Below, piece by piece: positions 12,660 through 20,353 of a DNA stretch of 32,492 bases. The translations under genes and the position numbers were made by a program. The stretch comes from Thiomargarita sp. GTDB lineage: Bacteria; Pseudomonadota; Gammaproteobacteria; Beggiatoales; Beggiatoaceae. Each line of letters opens with the position of its first letter. Position 1 is the first letter of the stretch. Location: contig DYSU01000028.1 of assembly GCA_020726335.1 (NCBI GenBank), forward strand, positions 1 to 32,492, given 5' to 3'. The notes below the pieces were generated by a model. It worked only from the letters and a program-made list of their open reading frames with translations, did no database searches and was not told the DNA's origin.

Positions 12660-12815
12660 GGTCTTATTTCCTATATTTTTTAATATCAGAATAAATAATT
12701 TTATTGTTATTTTATTTCATTAGAGTTGACTAATATACTAAGTTCAAGCATAATATATCCATGCTTGATTGTTTAGACAGTCATGAAAGACTCCTCCATC
12801 CTCCTTTGGTGGTTT

Positions 12816-12851
12816 GGCGCGGCACCTTGAAAAAACGCCGCGCCCTTTTTT
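12816..12851 (+). terminator. Rho-independent terminator, plus strand
   Basis: An 8-bp GC stem (GGCGCGGC at 12816-12823, GCCGCGCC at 12837-12844) has a 13-nt loop. It is followed by C + T6 (12846-12851). There is no annotated plus-strand gene upstream, which implies a short transcript. Confidence 0.55.
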
Positions 12852-12949
12852 AATGCTTAGAAACAAGCAGTTCCCAACACCTCCAACTCAAGCATTTTGA
12901 CACTTCTCGTAATAAAATTCAAATTGATTTAAAACATTTTTTACAAGGC

Positions 12950-13981
12950 ATGGATTCATGCAAGTTATTAATGAACGAATTTAAGGTGCTTATGTATCTA
13001 TTAGCGGGCGACTTGGGTGGCACAAAAACCTTATTGTGTCTGGTTGAATACAAAAATCAACAGCAATGGCAAGTCCTTTATCAACAAAAATTCACATCGA
13101 ATCAATACGCGCAGTTTGATGATTTAATAGACGATTTTATCAAAAACCCCGCCGTTCATGATAAAAATATCCATGCGGCTTGTCTGGTTGTTGCAGGCCC
13201 TGTTTTCAGTAAAAAACAGCAACAAACGGCAAAAATTACCTATTTGCCATGGGTTTTAAATAACCAGCAATTGGCGAAAAAATTTAACTTAAATCAAGTT
13301 AAATTGCTCAATGATTTTCAAGGCATTGGCCATGGTATCCCCGCCTTGCGGACAAAGGATTTGGTTTGTTTACAACAAGGCCAAGTGCAACCCCACAGCC
13401 CTTGCGCTGTCATCGGCGCAGGCACAGGCTTGGGTGAAGCCATGGTGATGCCAACACGGGTGTTGCCGTCTGAAGGCGGCCACATGGGCTTTGCACCTGA
13501 AACGCCGCAACAAACGGATTTGCTTCGCTATTTACAAACAAAATATTCGCGTGTCAGTTATCAAGAATTATTGTCAGGCCAAGGCTTGGTCAACATTTAT
13601 CAATTTTTGCGCGCCACTCAAGCAGGCAAACCCCAAGCAACGGTTGAAGCTGAAATGCAACAACACGACCCTGCAACCGTCATCAGCCAACATGCTTTGG
13701 CAGGTGATGATGATTTAGCGGTCAAAACCTTTGAATTATTTGCCCAAATTTACGCCTCACAAGCGGCCAACTTGGCTTTGACTTGTTTGGCTTATGGTGG
13801 GGTCTATGTCGCAGGTGGCATTGCCGCTAAAAATCTAAAGTTTTTTCAACAACCTGCATTCTTGCAAGCCTTTTTAGCCAAACAACCCATGCGCCATTTG
13901 CTCGAACAAATGCCCTTATATGTGATTAAAAATCAAGAAGTTGGCTTGCTGGGTGCGATTTTAGTGGCAGGGCAAGCATGA
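12950..13981 (+). CDS. glk: Glucokinase
   Basis: The LAGDLGGTKT ATP-binding motif of Glk-family glucokinases is near the N-terminus. The overall length is right. The start is uncertain. ATG 12992 (MYLLAGDLGG..., preceded by AAGGTG) gives the canonical N-terminus. ATG 12950 is the longest ORF. Confidence 0.8.
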   Translation: MDSCKLLMNEFKVLMYLLAGDLGGTKTLLCLVEYKNQQQWQVLYQQKFTSNQYAQFDDLIDDFIKNPAVHDKNIHAACLVVAGPVFSKKQQQTAKITYLPWVLNNQQLAKKFNLNQVKLLNDFQGIGHGIPALRTKDLVCLQQGQVQPHSPCAVIGAGTGLGEAMVMPTRVLPSEGGHMGFAPETPQQTDLLRYLQTKYSRVSYQELLSGQGLVNIYQFLRATQAGKPQATVEAEMQQHDPATVISQHALAGDDDLAVKTFELFAQIYASQAANLALTCLAYGGVYVAGGIAAKNLKFFQQPAFLQAFLAKQPMRHLLEQMPLYVIKNQEVGLLGAILVAGQA

Positions 13982-14086
13982 GCCATGATGCCCGTGCAAT
14001 TGTGGTCAAAGCACAACCCCGCCAGTGATTCCCTAAAACGGCAAAATGTTATACGCTTGTGGTTTTAAAAACCAAAGGAGTGTTGC

Positions 14087-15508
14087 ATGATTATACCTGT
14101 GGTCTTGTCGGGCGGCATAGGCAGTCGTTTGTGGCCGTTATCGCGTGAGCATTACCCCAAACAATTGTTGGCCTTAACGGGTGAACAAACGCTGTTGCAA
14201 AACACGTTAATCCGTTTGCAAGGTTTGCCCGACAAGGGCAAAGCCACGGTGGTGTGCAACGAAGCCCACCGTTTTATGGTGGCCGAACAACTGCGCCAAC
14301 AAAATATCGCCAGCAGTCCTTTGCTGTTGGAACCCATCGGACGCAATACCGCGCCTGCGATTGCGATTGCCGCCTTGTCTGTCATGGAAAAAACCCCCGA
14401 TGCACTGCTGTTGGTCTTGCCTGCTGACCACGTCATTGACGACATTCCCGCTTTTCATCAAGCGATTGGTCAGGCCGTGCTTTTGGCCAAACAAGGCCAG
14501 TTGGTCACCTTCGGCATTGTCGGCAAAACGCCCGAAACAGGTTATGGCTACATCAAAGCCGATAAAAGTCACGGCGATGCCCCGCATTACCCTGTCGCAC
14601 AATTTGTTGAAAAACCTGATAAAAAGACCGCAAAAGCGTATTTGGCATCGGGTGATTATTATTGGAACAGCGGCATGTTTTTATTTGCGGCACAAACCTA
14701 TTTGGCCGAATTGGGCCAACACTCACCCGATATTTTAGCCGTCTGCCAACAAACCTTTGCCCATGTCAGCTTGGATTTGGATGCTGATTTTGTTCGTTTA
14801 GAGGCCGATTTATTCGGTCAATGCCGCAGTGAATCCATTGATTATGCGGTGATGGAAAAAACTGACAAAGCGGCTGTTGTGCCGTTGGATGCGGGTTGGA
14901 ATGACATCGGCGCGTGGTCAGCCTTGTGGGACATGGGTCAGCGCGATTTTGATGGCTTGGTCAAAAGCGGTGATGTGCTGGCGATTGACAGCAAAAATTG
15001 CTATTTGCGTGCTGAATACCGCTTGCTGGCCACGGTTGGCGTGGACAATTTAATTGTGGTCGAAACCGCTGATGCGGTGTTGGTCGCCGATAAAAATAAA
15101 GTGCAAGATGTCAAAAAAGTGGTTGACGCATTGAAAAAATGCGAACGCTGTGAAGTGGATTTGCACCGCAAAGTGTTGCGTCCTTGGGGCAGTTATGAAG
15201 CCTTGGCTTTAGAAAACCGCTTTCAAGTGAAACGCATCACCGTCAACCCAAGGGCAAGTTTGTCGTTGCAATTGCATTACCACCGCGCTGAACATTGGAT
15301 TGTGGTCAAAGGCACGGCCAAAGTCACCCGCGATAATGAAACTTTTTTGCTGACCGAAAACCAATCAACCTATATTCCATTGGGCGCAAAACACCGTCTG
15401 GAAAATCCGGGGCTTGTGCCGTTGGAAATCATTGAAATTCAATCAGGTGCGTATTTGGGCGAAGACGATATCGTGCGTTTTGCGGATGATTACGGGCGAA
15501 ACGCTTAA
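14087..15508 (+). CDS. manC: Bifunctional mannose-1-phosphate guanylyltransferase / mannose-6-phosphate isomerase (ManC/XanB/AlgA type)
   Basis: MIIPVVLSGGIGSRLWPLSR is the nucleotidyltransferase signature. There is a C-terminal cupin domain. The length is 473 aa. SD AAAGGAG lies 7 nt upstream. Confidence 0.9.
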   Translation: MIIPVVLSGGIGSRLWPLSREHYPKQLLALTGEQTLLQNTLIRLQGLPDKGKATVVCNEAHRFMVAEQLRQQNIASSPLLLEPIGRNTAPAIAIAALSVMEKTPDALLLVLPADHVIDDIPAFHQAIGQAVLLAKQGQLVTFGIVGKTPETGYGYIKADKSHGDAPHYPVAQFVEKPDKKTAKAYLASGDYYWNSGMFLFAAQTYLAELGQHSPDILAVCQQTFAHVSLDLDADFVRLEADLFGQCRSESIDYAVMEKTDKAAVVPLDAGWNDIGAWSALWDMGQRDFDGLVKSGDVLAIDSKNCYLRAEYRLLATVGVDNLIVVETADAVLVADKNKVQDVKKVVDALKKCERCEVDLHRKVLRPWGSYEALALENRFQVKRITVNPRASLSLQLHYHRAEHWIVVKGTAKVTRDNETFLLTENQSTYIPLGAKHRLENPGLVPLEIIEIQSGAYLGEDDIVRFADDYGRNA

Positions 15509-16560
15509 TGGGCGCGTATACCGTTAAACGCTTGTTGTTGATGATTCCCACTTTGTTTGGCGTGATGTTGGTCACTTTTGTGGTCACTCAATTTGTGCCG
15601 GGCGGGCCGGTTGAACAACTGACGGCGCAATTGCAAGGCAAAAACCCAGCGGGTGAAGCCAGCAGCGGCGCGCAAGGTTTGTATCGCGGCGCACGCGGTT
15701 TAGATGCCGAACAATTGAATAAAATCAAGGCATTTTATGGCTTTGATCAGCCCGCGCATCAACGCTTTTGGCTGATGATGAAAAAATATTGGGTGCTGGA
15801 TTTTGGCGACAGTTATTTTCATCACCAATCGGTGTTGGATTTGGTCATGGCCAAATTGCCTGTGTCGATCAGCTTGGGCGTGTGGACGTTTTTGCTCACC
15901 TATTTAACCTGTATTCCGCTGGGTATTGCCAAAGCCATGCGTGACGGCACAGGTTTCGATGTATTCACCAGCACCTTGATTTTAATCGGTTATGCCGTTC
16001 CGGGCTTTGTGTTGGGGGTTGCGTTGTTGGTGTTGTTTGGCGGCGGCAGTTTTTGGGATATGTTTCCGTTGCGCGGCCTTGTTTCGGACAACTGGGGTGG
16101 CTTGAGTTGGTTGGGCAAAATCACCGATTATTTATGGCACATGGTGTTGCCCATCACCGCGCTGATGGTCGGCAATTTCGCGGTGATGACTTTGTTGACC
16201 AAAAACAGTTTTATTGAAGAAATTCGCAAACAATATGTGTTGACCGCTCGCGCTAAAGGTTTGAGCGAAAATGCCGTGTTATACAAACATGTGTTCAGAA
16301 ATGCGCTGATTCCATTGATCACAGGTTTCCCCAGCGCGTTCATCGCGGCTTTTTTCACGGGCAGTTTGTTGATTGAAACCGTGTTTTCGTTGGATGGCTT
16401 GGGTTTGTTGTCGTATGAATCGGTGATTAAACGCGATTATCCCGTGGTGTTGGGAACGTTGTATTTATTCACATTATTGGGCTTGGTTGGCAAACTGTTG
16501 TCCGACTTAAGCTATGTGTTCATTGACCCGCGCATTCAATTTGATTCGGCCAATGGCTGA
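15508..16560 (+). CDS. yejB: ABC transporter permease, YejB/OppB family (peptide/microcin C uptake type)
   Basis: The protein aligns end to end with E. coli YejB (MGAYxxRRLLLxIPTL ... LTARAKGLSE EAA-loop ... DPRIxF). Its ATG overlaps the manC stop (TAATGG). No partner permease, binding protein or ATPase is present in the window. Confidence 0.85.
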   Translation: MGAYTVKRLLLMIPTLFGVMLVTFVVTQFVPGGPVEQLTAQLQGKNPAGEASSGAQGLYRGARGLDAEQLNKIKAFYGFDQPAHQRFWLMMKKYWVLDFGDSYFHHQSVLDLVMAKLPVSISLGVWTFLLTYLTCIPLGIAKAMRDGTGFDVFTSTLILIGYAVPGFVLGVALLVLFGGGSFWDMFPLRGLVSDNWGGLSWLGKITDYLWHMVLPITALMVGNFAVMTLLTKNSFIEEIRKQYVLTARAKGLSENAVLYKHVFRNALIPLITGFPSAFIAAFFTGSLLIETVFSLDGLGLLSYESVIKRDYPVVLGTLYLFTLLGLVGKLLSDLSYVFIDPRIQFDSANG

Positions 16561-17350
16561 CATGAATCCTTATTTGATTTTTGCGCTGGTTGGCGTGGTG
16601 GCAGGGGTGTTGGCGGGCTTGTTTGGCATAGGCGGCGGCTTGGTGTTGGTGCCTGTGTTGATTGCTTTATTTGCCCAGCAACAGTTCAACCCAGAAATCA
16701 GCGTGCATTTGGCCATCGGTACGTCATTGGCCATCATCGTGTTCAACGCCAGTGTGGCCAGTTGGTCACATCATCAACGCCACGCGGTGTTGTGGCCTGT
16801 GGTGCAAAAACTGAGTTTGGGTTTGCTGGTGGGCGCGTGGCTTGGCGCGATGTTGGCCAAACAACTGGCCGCGCCTATGCTCAAGCAATTGTTCGGCCTG
16901 TTTGAAATACTCATTGGATTGTATTTGATGGTGCGCTATCAACCCCAAGCCCAAAACGTGAAGCCACAACGTGGGTTGTTGTTGGGCGTGGGTTTGTTTA
17001 TCGGCTTCATTTCCGCACTGCTGGGCATAGGGGGCGGCACGTTGACCACGCCTTTTTTGCTGTGGCGCAAAGGGGTGATGCAACAAGCCGTGGCCACTGC
17101 CGCCGCTTGTGGTTTGCCCATCGCCTTGGCGGGTACCTTGGGTTTTGTGGTCACAGGCTGGCAACAACCCCAGTTGCCTGCGTTGACCACAGGTTATGTC
17201 TATTGGCCTGCAGTCTTGGCAATTGCGTTGTTCAGTTTCGTTGGCACTCATTTTGGGGTGATTTTAGCCCATCGTTTGCAACCACAAAAATTAAAACAAG
17301 GGTTTGCCTTTTTTTTATGTGGGGTTGGTTTTCATATGTTGTTAAAATAA
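16553..17350 (+). CDS. TauE/SafE (DUF81) family anion/sulfite exporter membrane protein
   Basis: The two-repeat membrane protein has GIGGGLVLVP and GIGGGTLTTP motifs. The start is taken at ATG 16553 (MADMNPY). ATG 16562 is an alternative. The ORF-track start at 16514 lies inside yejB. Confidence 0.75.
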   Translation: MADMNPYLIFALVGVVAGVLAGLFGIGGGLVLVPVLIALFAQQQFNPEISVHLAIGTSLAIIVFNASVASWSHHQRHAVLWPVVQKLSLGLLVGAWLGAMLAKQLAAPMLKQLFGLFEILIGLYLMVRYQPQAQNVKPQRGLLLGVGLFIGFISALLGIGGGTLTTPFLLWRKGVMQQAVATAAACGLPIALAGTLGFVVTGWQQPQLPALTTGYVYWPAVLAIALFSFVGTHFGVILAHRLQPQKLKQGFAFFLCGVGFHMLLK

Positions 17351-17452
17351 ATGAATTATTTTAATGTTTTTGTCATTTATACCGTCTGCCCCGTTATTTT
17401 GTTATACTAGCTGCTTTATAAAAATGTTGACACAAAAGGAATTCATATCAGC

Positions 17453-18832
17453 ATGGCAGCATACCAGTTTGTTGTAAAACAAATAAAAAATATTTTAGAA
17501 TCGGTCACTAAATCAGGCAAAAAAGGCTTAATGGCCTCGCAGGTTGCTTTGAAACCGACCGCGCCCCATTATCAGCAGCCCGTTATTATCCCCCGCGCAC
17601 AACACGGTATTTCACGCAAACACATCAGCAAAAACGCGCTTAAAGTGTTGTATCGATTAAAAAGCAGTGGTTATCAAGCCTATTTAGTCGGTGGCGGCGT
17701 GCGTGATTTGTGGTTAGGGCAACAGCCTAAAGATTTTGATGTTGCCACCGATGCACACCCTGAAGACGTGCAAAAAGTGTTTCGCAATTGTCGGTTAATC
17801 GGGCGGCGGTTTCGTTTGGCGCATGTTCATTTTGGCCAAGACATCATTGAGGTTGCGACGTTTCGCGGTGAACACGATGAACAAGCACCCGAGAATTTGA
17901 CGGAAAAAGGACGGATTGTCCGCGACAATGTTTATGGAAATTTAGAACAAGACGCTTGGCGGCGTGATTTCAGCATCAATGCCTTGTATTACAATATTGC
18001 TGATTTTTCGGTGGTGGATTACACCCAAGGGTGTGCCGACTTAAAAAACGGCGTTATTCGCCTTTTAGGCGATTCTTTGCAACGTTACCGCGAAGACCCT
18101 GTGCGCATGGTGCGCGCACTGCGGTTTATGGCCAAATTAGATTTCAAATTGCATCCTGACACTGAAAAACCGATTCATTCTATGTTGCCATTATTGGCTG
18201 ATGTTCCCAGTGCGCGCTTGTATGAAGAAATTTTAAAATTATTCCTCACAGGTCACAGTGAGAAAAGCTTTCATTTATTGCGCCAATACGGGGCTTTTGG
18301 CCAACTGTTTTCGTTGACCGACAAATACCTTGATCAATCTGACCATTTTCAATTAATTGAGCAAATTTTAAAAAACACTGACCAACGGCTGGCACAAAAT
18401 CAACGGGTGATGCCTGCGTTCTTTTTTGCCAGTTTGTTGTGGCCTGCGTTGTTGGATTTAATGGCGCAACAACAGCAAGCGGGTTTAAGCTTCTATGACA
18501 GTTTTCATCATGCCAGCCATGATGTGTTTAATCAACAAGTTAAAACGGTGGCCCTTCCCAAACGTATCACAGTCACGATGCGGGAAATTTGGCAATTGCA
18601 ATTTCGCTTGGTCAATAAAAAAGGCAAAAGCGGGGCGCATATCGCCTCTCATCCACGTTTTCGTGCCGCTTACGATTTTCTGTTGTTGCGGGCAAATTTT
18701 GATGACAGTTTGCAAGAAGCGGTTGATTGGTGGCAAACTTTCTATCAAGAAGCCCAAACCAACCCTGTTGCCGTGAAAACCAAATCATCCCATTATTTAC
18801 GTCGCGGTTATCAGAAAAAAATTATTACATAA
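17453..18832 (+). CDS. pcnB: Poly(A) polymerase I
   Basis: The conserved core LVGGGVRDLWLGQQPKDFDVATDAHPEDV..RNCRLIGRRFRLAHVHFG aligns with E. coli PcnB. Confidence 0.9.
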   Translation: MAAYQFVVKQIKNILESVTKSGKKGLMASQVALKPTAPHYQQPVIIPRAQHGISRKHISKNALKVLYRLKSSGYQAYLVGGGVRDLWLGQQPKDFDVATDAHPEDVQKVFRNCRLIGRRFRLAHVHFGQDIIEVATFRGEHDEQAPENLTEKGRIVRDNVYGNLEQDAWRRDFSINALYYNIADFSVVDYTQGCADLKNGVIRLLGDSLQRYREDPVRMVRALRFMAKLDFKLHPDTEKPIHSMLPLLADVPSARLYEEILKLFLTGHSEKSFHLLRQYGAFGQLFSLTDKYLDQSDHFQLIEQILKNTDQRLAQNQRVMPAFFFASLLWPALLDLMAQQQQAGLSFYDSFHHASHDVFNQQVKTVALPKRITVTMREIWQLQFRLVNKKGKSGAHIASHPRFRAAYDFLLLRANFDDSLQEAVDWWQTFYQEAQTNPVAVKTKSSHYLRRGYQKKIIT

Positions 18833-18848
18833 CAGGAAGTTAAGTATT

Positions 18849-19718
18849 TTGAATGCTCATTTCAAACGCAATGGTGTCAGGCTTTATCTGGGTGATGTAA
18901 TTGATGTATTAAAGCAATTACCCGATGAAAGTGTTGACCTGATATTTGCTGATCCACCCTATAACTTGTCAAATGACGGTTTTACTTGCTATGCAGGCAA
19001 ACGGGTCAGTGTTAATAAAGGAAACTGGGATAAGAGCCGAGGCATCAATACAGATTTTGAGTTCCATTATAATTGGTTACAAGCTTGTAGGCGCGTACTA
19101 AAACCCAATGCTTCATTGTGGCTATCTGGAACATATCATTCAATATATGCTTGTGGTTATGCTATTCAACAGCAAGGTTGGCACATTATTAATGATATTT
19201 GTTGGTTTAAACCCAACGCTACACCCAACTTATCATGTCGTATGTTTACCGCAAGTCATGAAACCCTGCTTTGGATAAGAAAAGATAAGAAAGCAAAACA
19301 CGTTTTTAACTATGAGGTAATGAAAAATGGTGATTTCCCAGATGATTTAATAAAAAAGCCCAATAAACAAATGCGAAGTATTTGGGCAATTAGTACCCCA
19401 AAAAATACAGAAAAAAGACATGGTAAACATCCTACACAAAAACCTGAATCATTATTGGACAGAATTATCCTTGCTTCATCAAATGAAAATGATATTGTAC
19501 TTGACCCCTTTTGTGGTAGTGCGACAACAGGTGTTTGTGCTTTAAGACATCATCGTCGATTTATTGGTATTGATAATAACAGTGAGTATTTAAACAATCT
19601 GGCCATTAAAAGATTAGGTGATGTAGTTGATGAAAATCAAGCATTCTTTATTAGAGAACAACAAACGGAATATCGTTTTGATACATTGGATGGTTTATTT
19701 GAAAATAAAAGGACTTAA
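18849..19718 (+). CDS. Beta-class DNA methyltransferase (DPPY motif, N6-adenine or N4-cytosine), methyltransferase of a putative Type II R-M pair
   Basis: Motif IV DPPY is at residues 35-38 (LIFADPPYNLSNDG). The AdoMet motif DPFCGSATTG is near the C-terminus, which gives beta-class order. The TTG start at 18849 lies 8 nt after AGGAAG. The gene is AT-rich relative to its flanks. Confidence 0.8.
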   Translation: MNAHFKRNGVRLYLGDVIDVLKQLPDESVDLIFADPPYNLSNDGFTCYAGKRVSVNKGNWDKSRGINTDFEFHYNWLQACRRVLKPNASLWLSGTYHSIYACGYAIQQQGWHIINDICWFKPNATPNLSCRMFTASHETLLWIRKDKKAKHVFNYEVMKNGDFPDDLIKKPNKQMRSIWAISTPKNTEKRHGKHPTQKPESLLDRIILASSNENDIVLDPFCGSATTGVCALRHHRRFIGIDNNSEYLNNLAIKRLGDVVDENQAFFIREQQTEYRFDTLDGLFENKRT

Positions 19719-19720
19719 CA

Positions 19721-20329
19721 ATGGAAAGAAAAGAAGCTATTGCCCGTTTAAAAACGATTGTTGGCCAAGAGTTGCATCATATTGCCAAACAATATAATGT
19801 CACAGTAAATAAGGATGGTAAAGTTAATAAAGGTTGGGCAGGTCATATTTTTGAAAGATTTTTAGAATTACCTATTAATTCTGCCCAGTCTCCCAATTTT
19901 GGTTCATGGGAACTTAAATCAATACCCATAAAAACACTAAAAAATGGTAAGAAAGTGATTAAAGAAACAATGGCAATCACCATGATTGATCCAATCAATG
20001 TTTGTCAAAAAGATTTTGTAGACAGTCATTTGTTAGCGAAATTAAAAAAAGTGGTGCTTGTGGCCAGAACGGTAGGACAGACTGTTGATGATCCCAGTTA
20101 TATCCATTCGATTATTGAGTTTGATTTACAGGGTGAACTGTATCATAAGGTAAAAACTGATTATGACCTTATCAGAGAGATTCTACTTGATCCAAAACAG
20201 GGATTTGATTCATTAACTGGAAAGATGGGTGTTTATATACAGCCAAGAACCAAGGGGACTGGGCATGGCTCAAAAACGCGTGCATTTTATGCACGAAAAA
20301 AGTTTTTACAAGCGTTTATTAGAATTTAA
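19721..20329 (+). CDS. MutH/Sau3AI-family (PD-(D/E)xK) endonuclease, single domain, putative GATC-specific nuclease of the R-M pair
   Basis: KGWAGHIFERFLELP..SPNFGSWELKSIPIK aligns with the MutH core KGWxGxLLExxLG...DFxxxGxELKTIP. The C-terminus FYARKKFLQAFIR resembles MutH FYLKKNFTSALLARHF. The ATG lies 2 nt after the methyltransferase stop, with AAAGGA upstream. The gene is AT-rich. Confidence 0.7.
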   Translation: MERKEAIARLKTIVGQELHHIAKQYNVTVNKDGKVNKGWAGHIFERFLELPINSAQSPNFGSWELKSIPIKTLKNGKKVIKETMAITMIDPINVCQKDFVDSHLLAKLKKVVLVARTVGQTVDDPSYIHSIIEFDLQGELYHKVKTDYDLIREILLDPKQGFDSLTGKMGVYIQPRTKGTGHGSKTRAFYARKKFLQAFIRI

Positions 20330-20353
20330 CTAAGCTGTCTATTGGAGTGGATA

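Noticed and set aside
12761-12853. 30-codon ORF (MLDCLDSHERLLHPPLVVWRGTLKKRRALF) upstream of glk, as a possible leader peptide
   Set aside because: Its 3' third is the GC stem of the terminator hairpin. It has no regulatory codon run, no SD, and no resemblance to known leader peptides. It is kept only as part of the sRNA/leader hypothesis.
16766-17251. 161-aa and 83-aa minus-strand ORFs inside the TauE/SafE gene
   Set aside because: They are antisense to a well-supported membrane protein gene. Their products are Arg/Gln/Gly-rich and look like nothing known.
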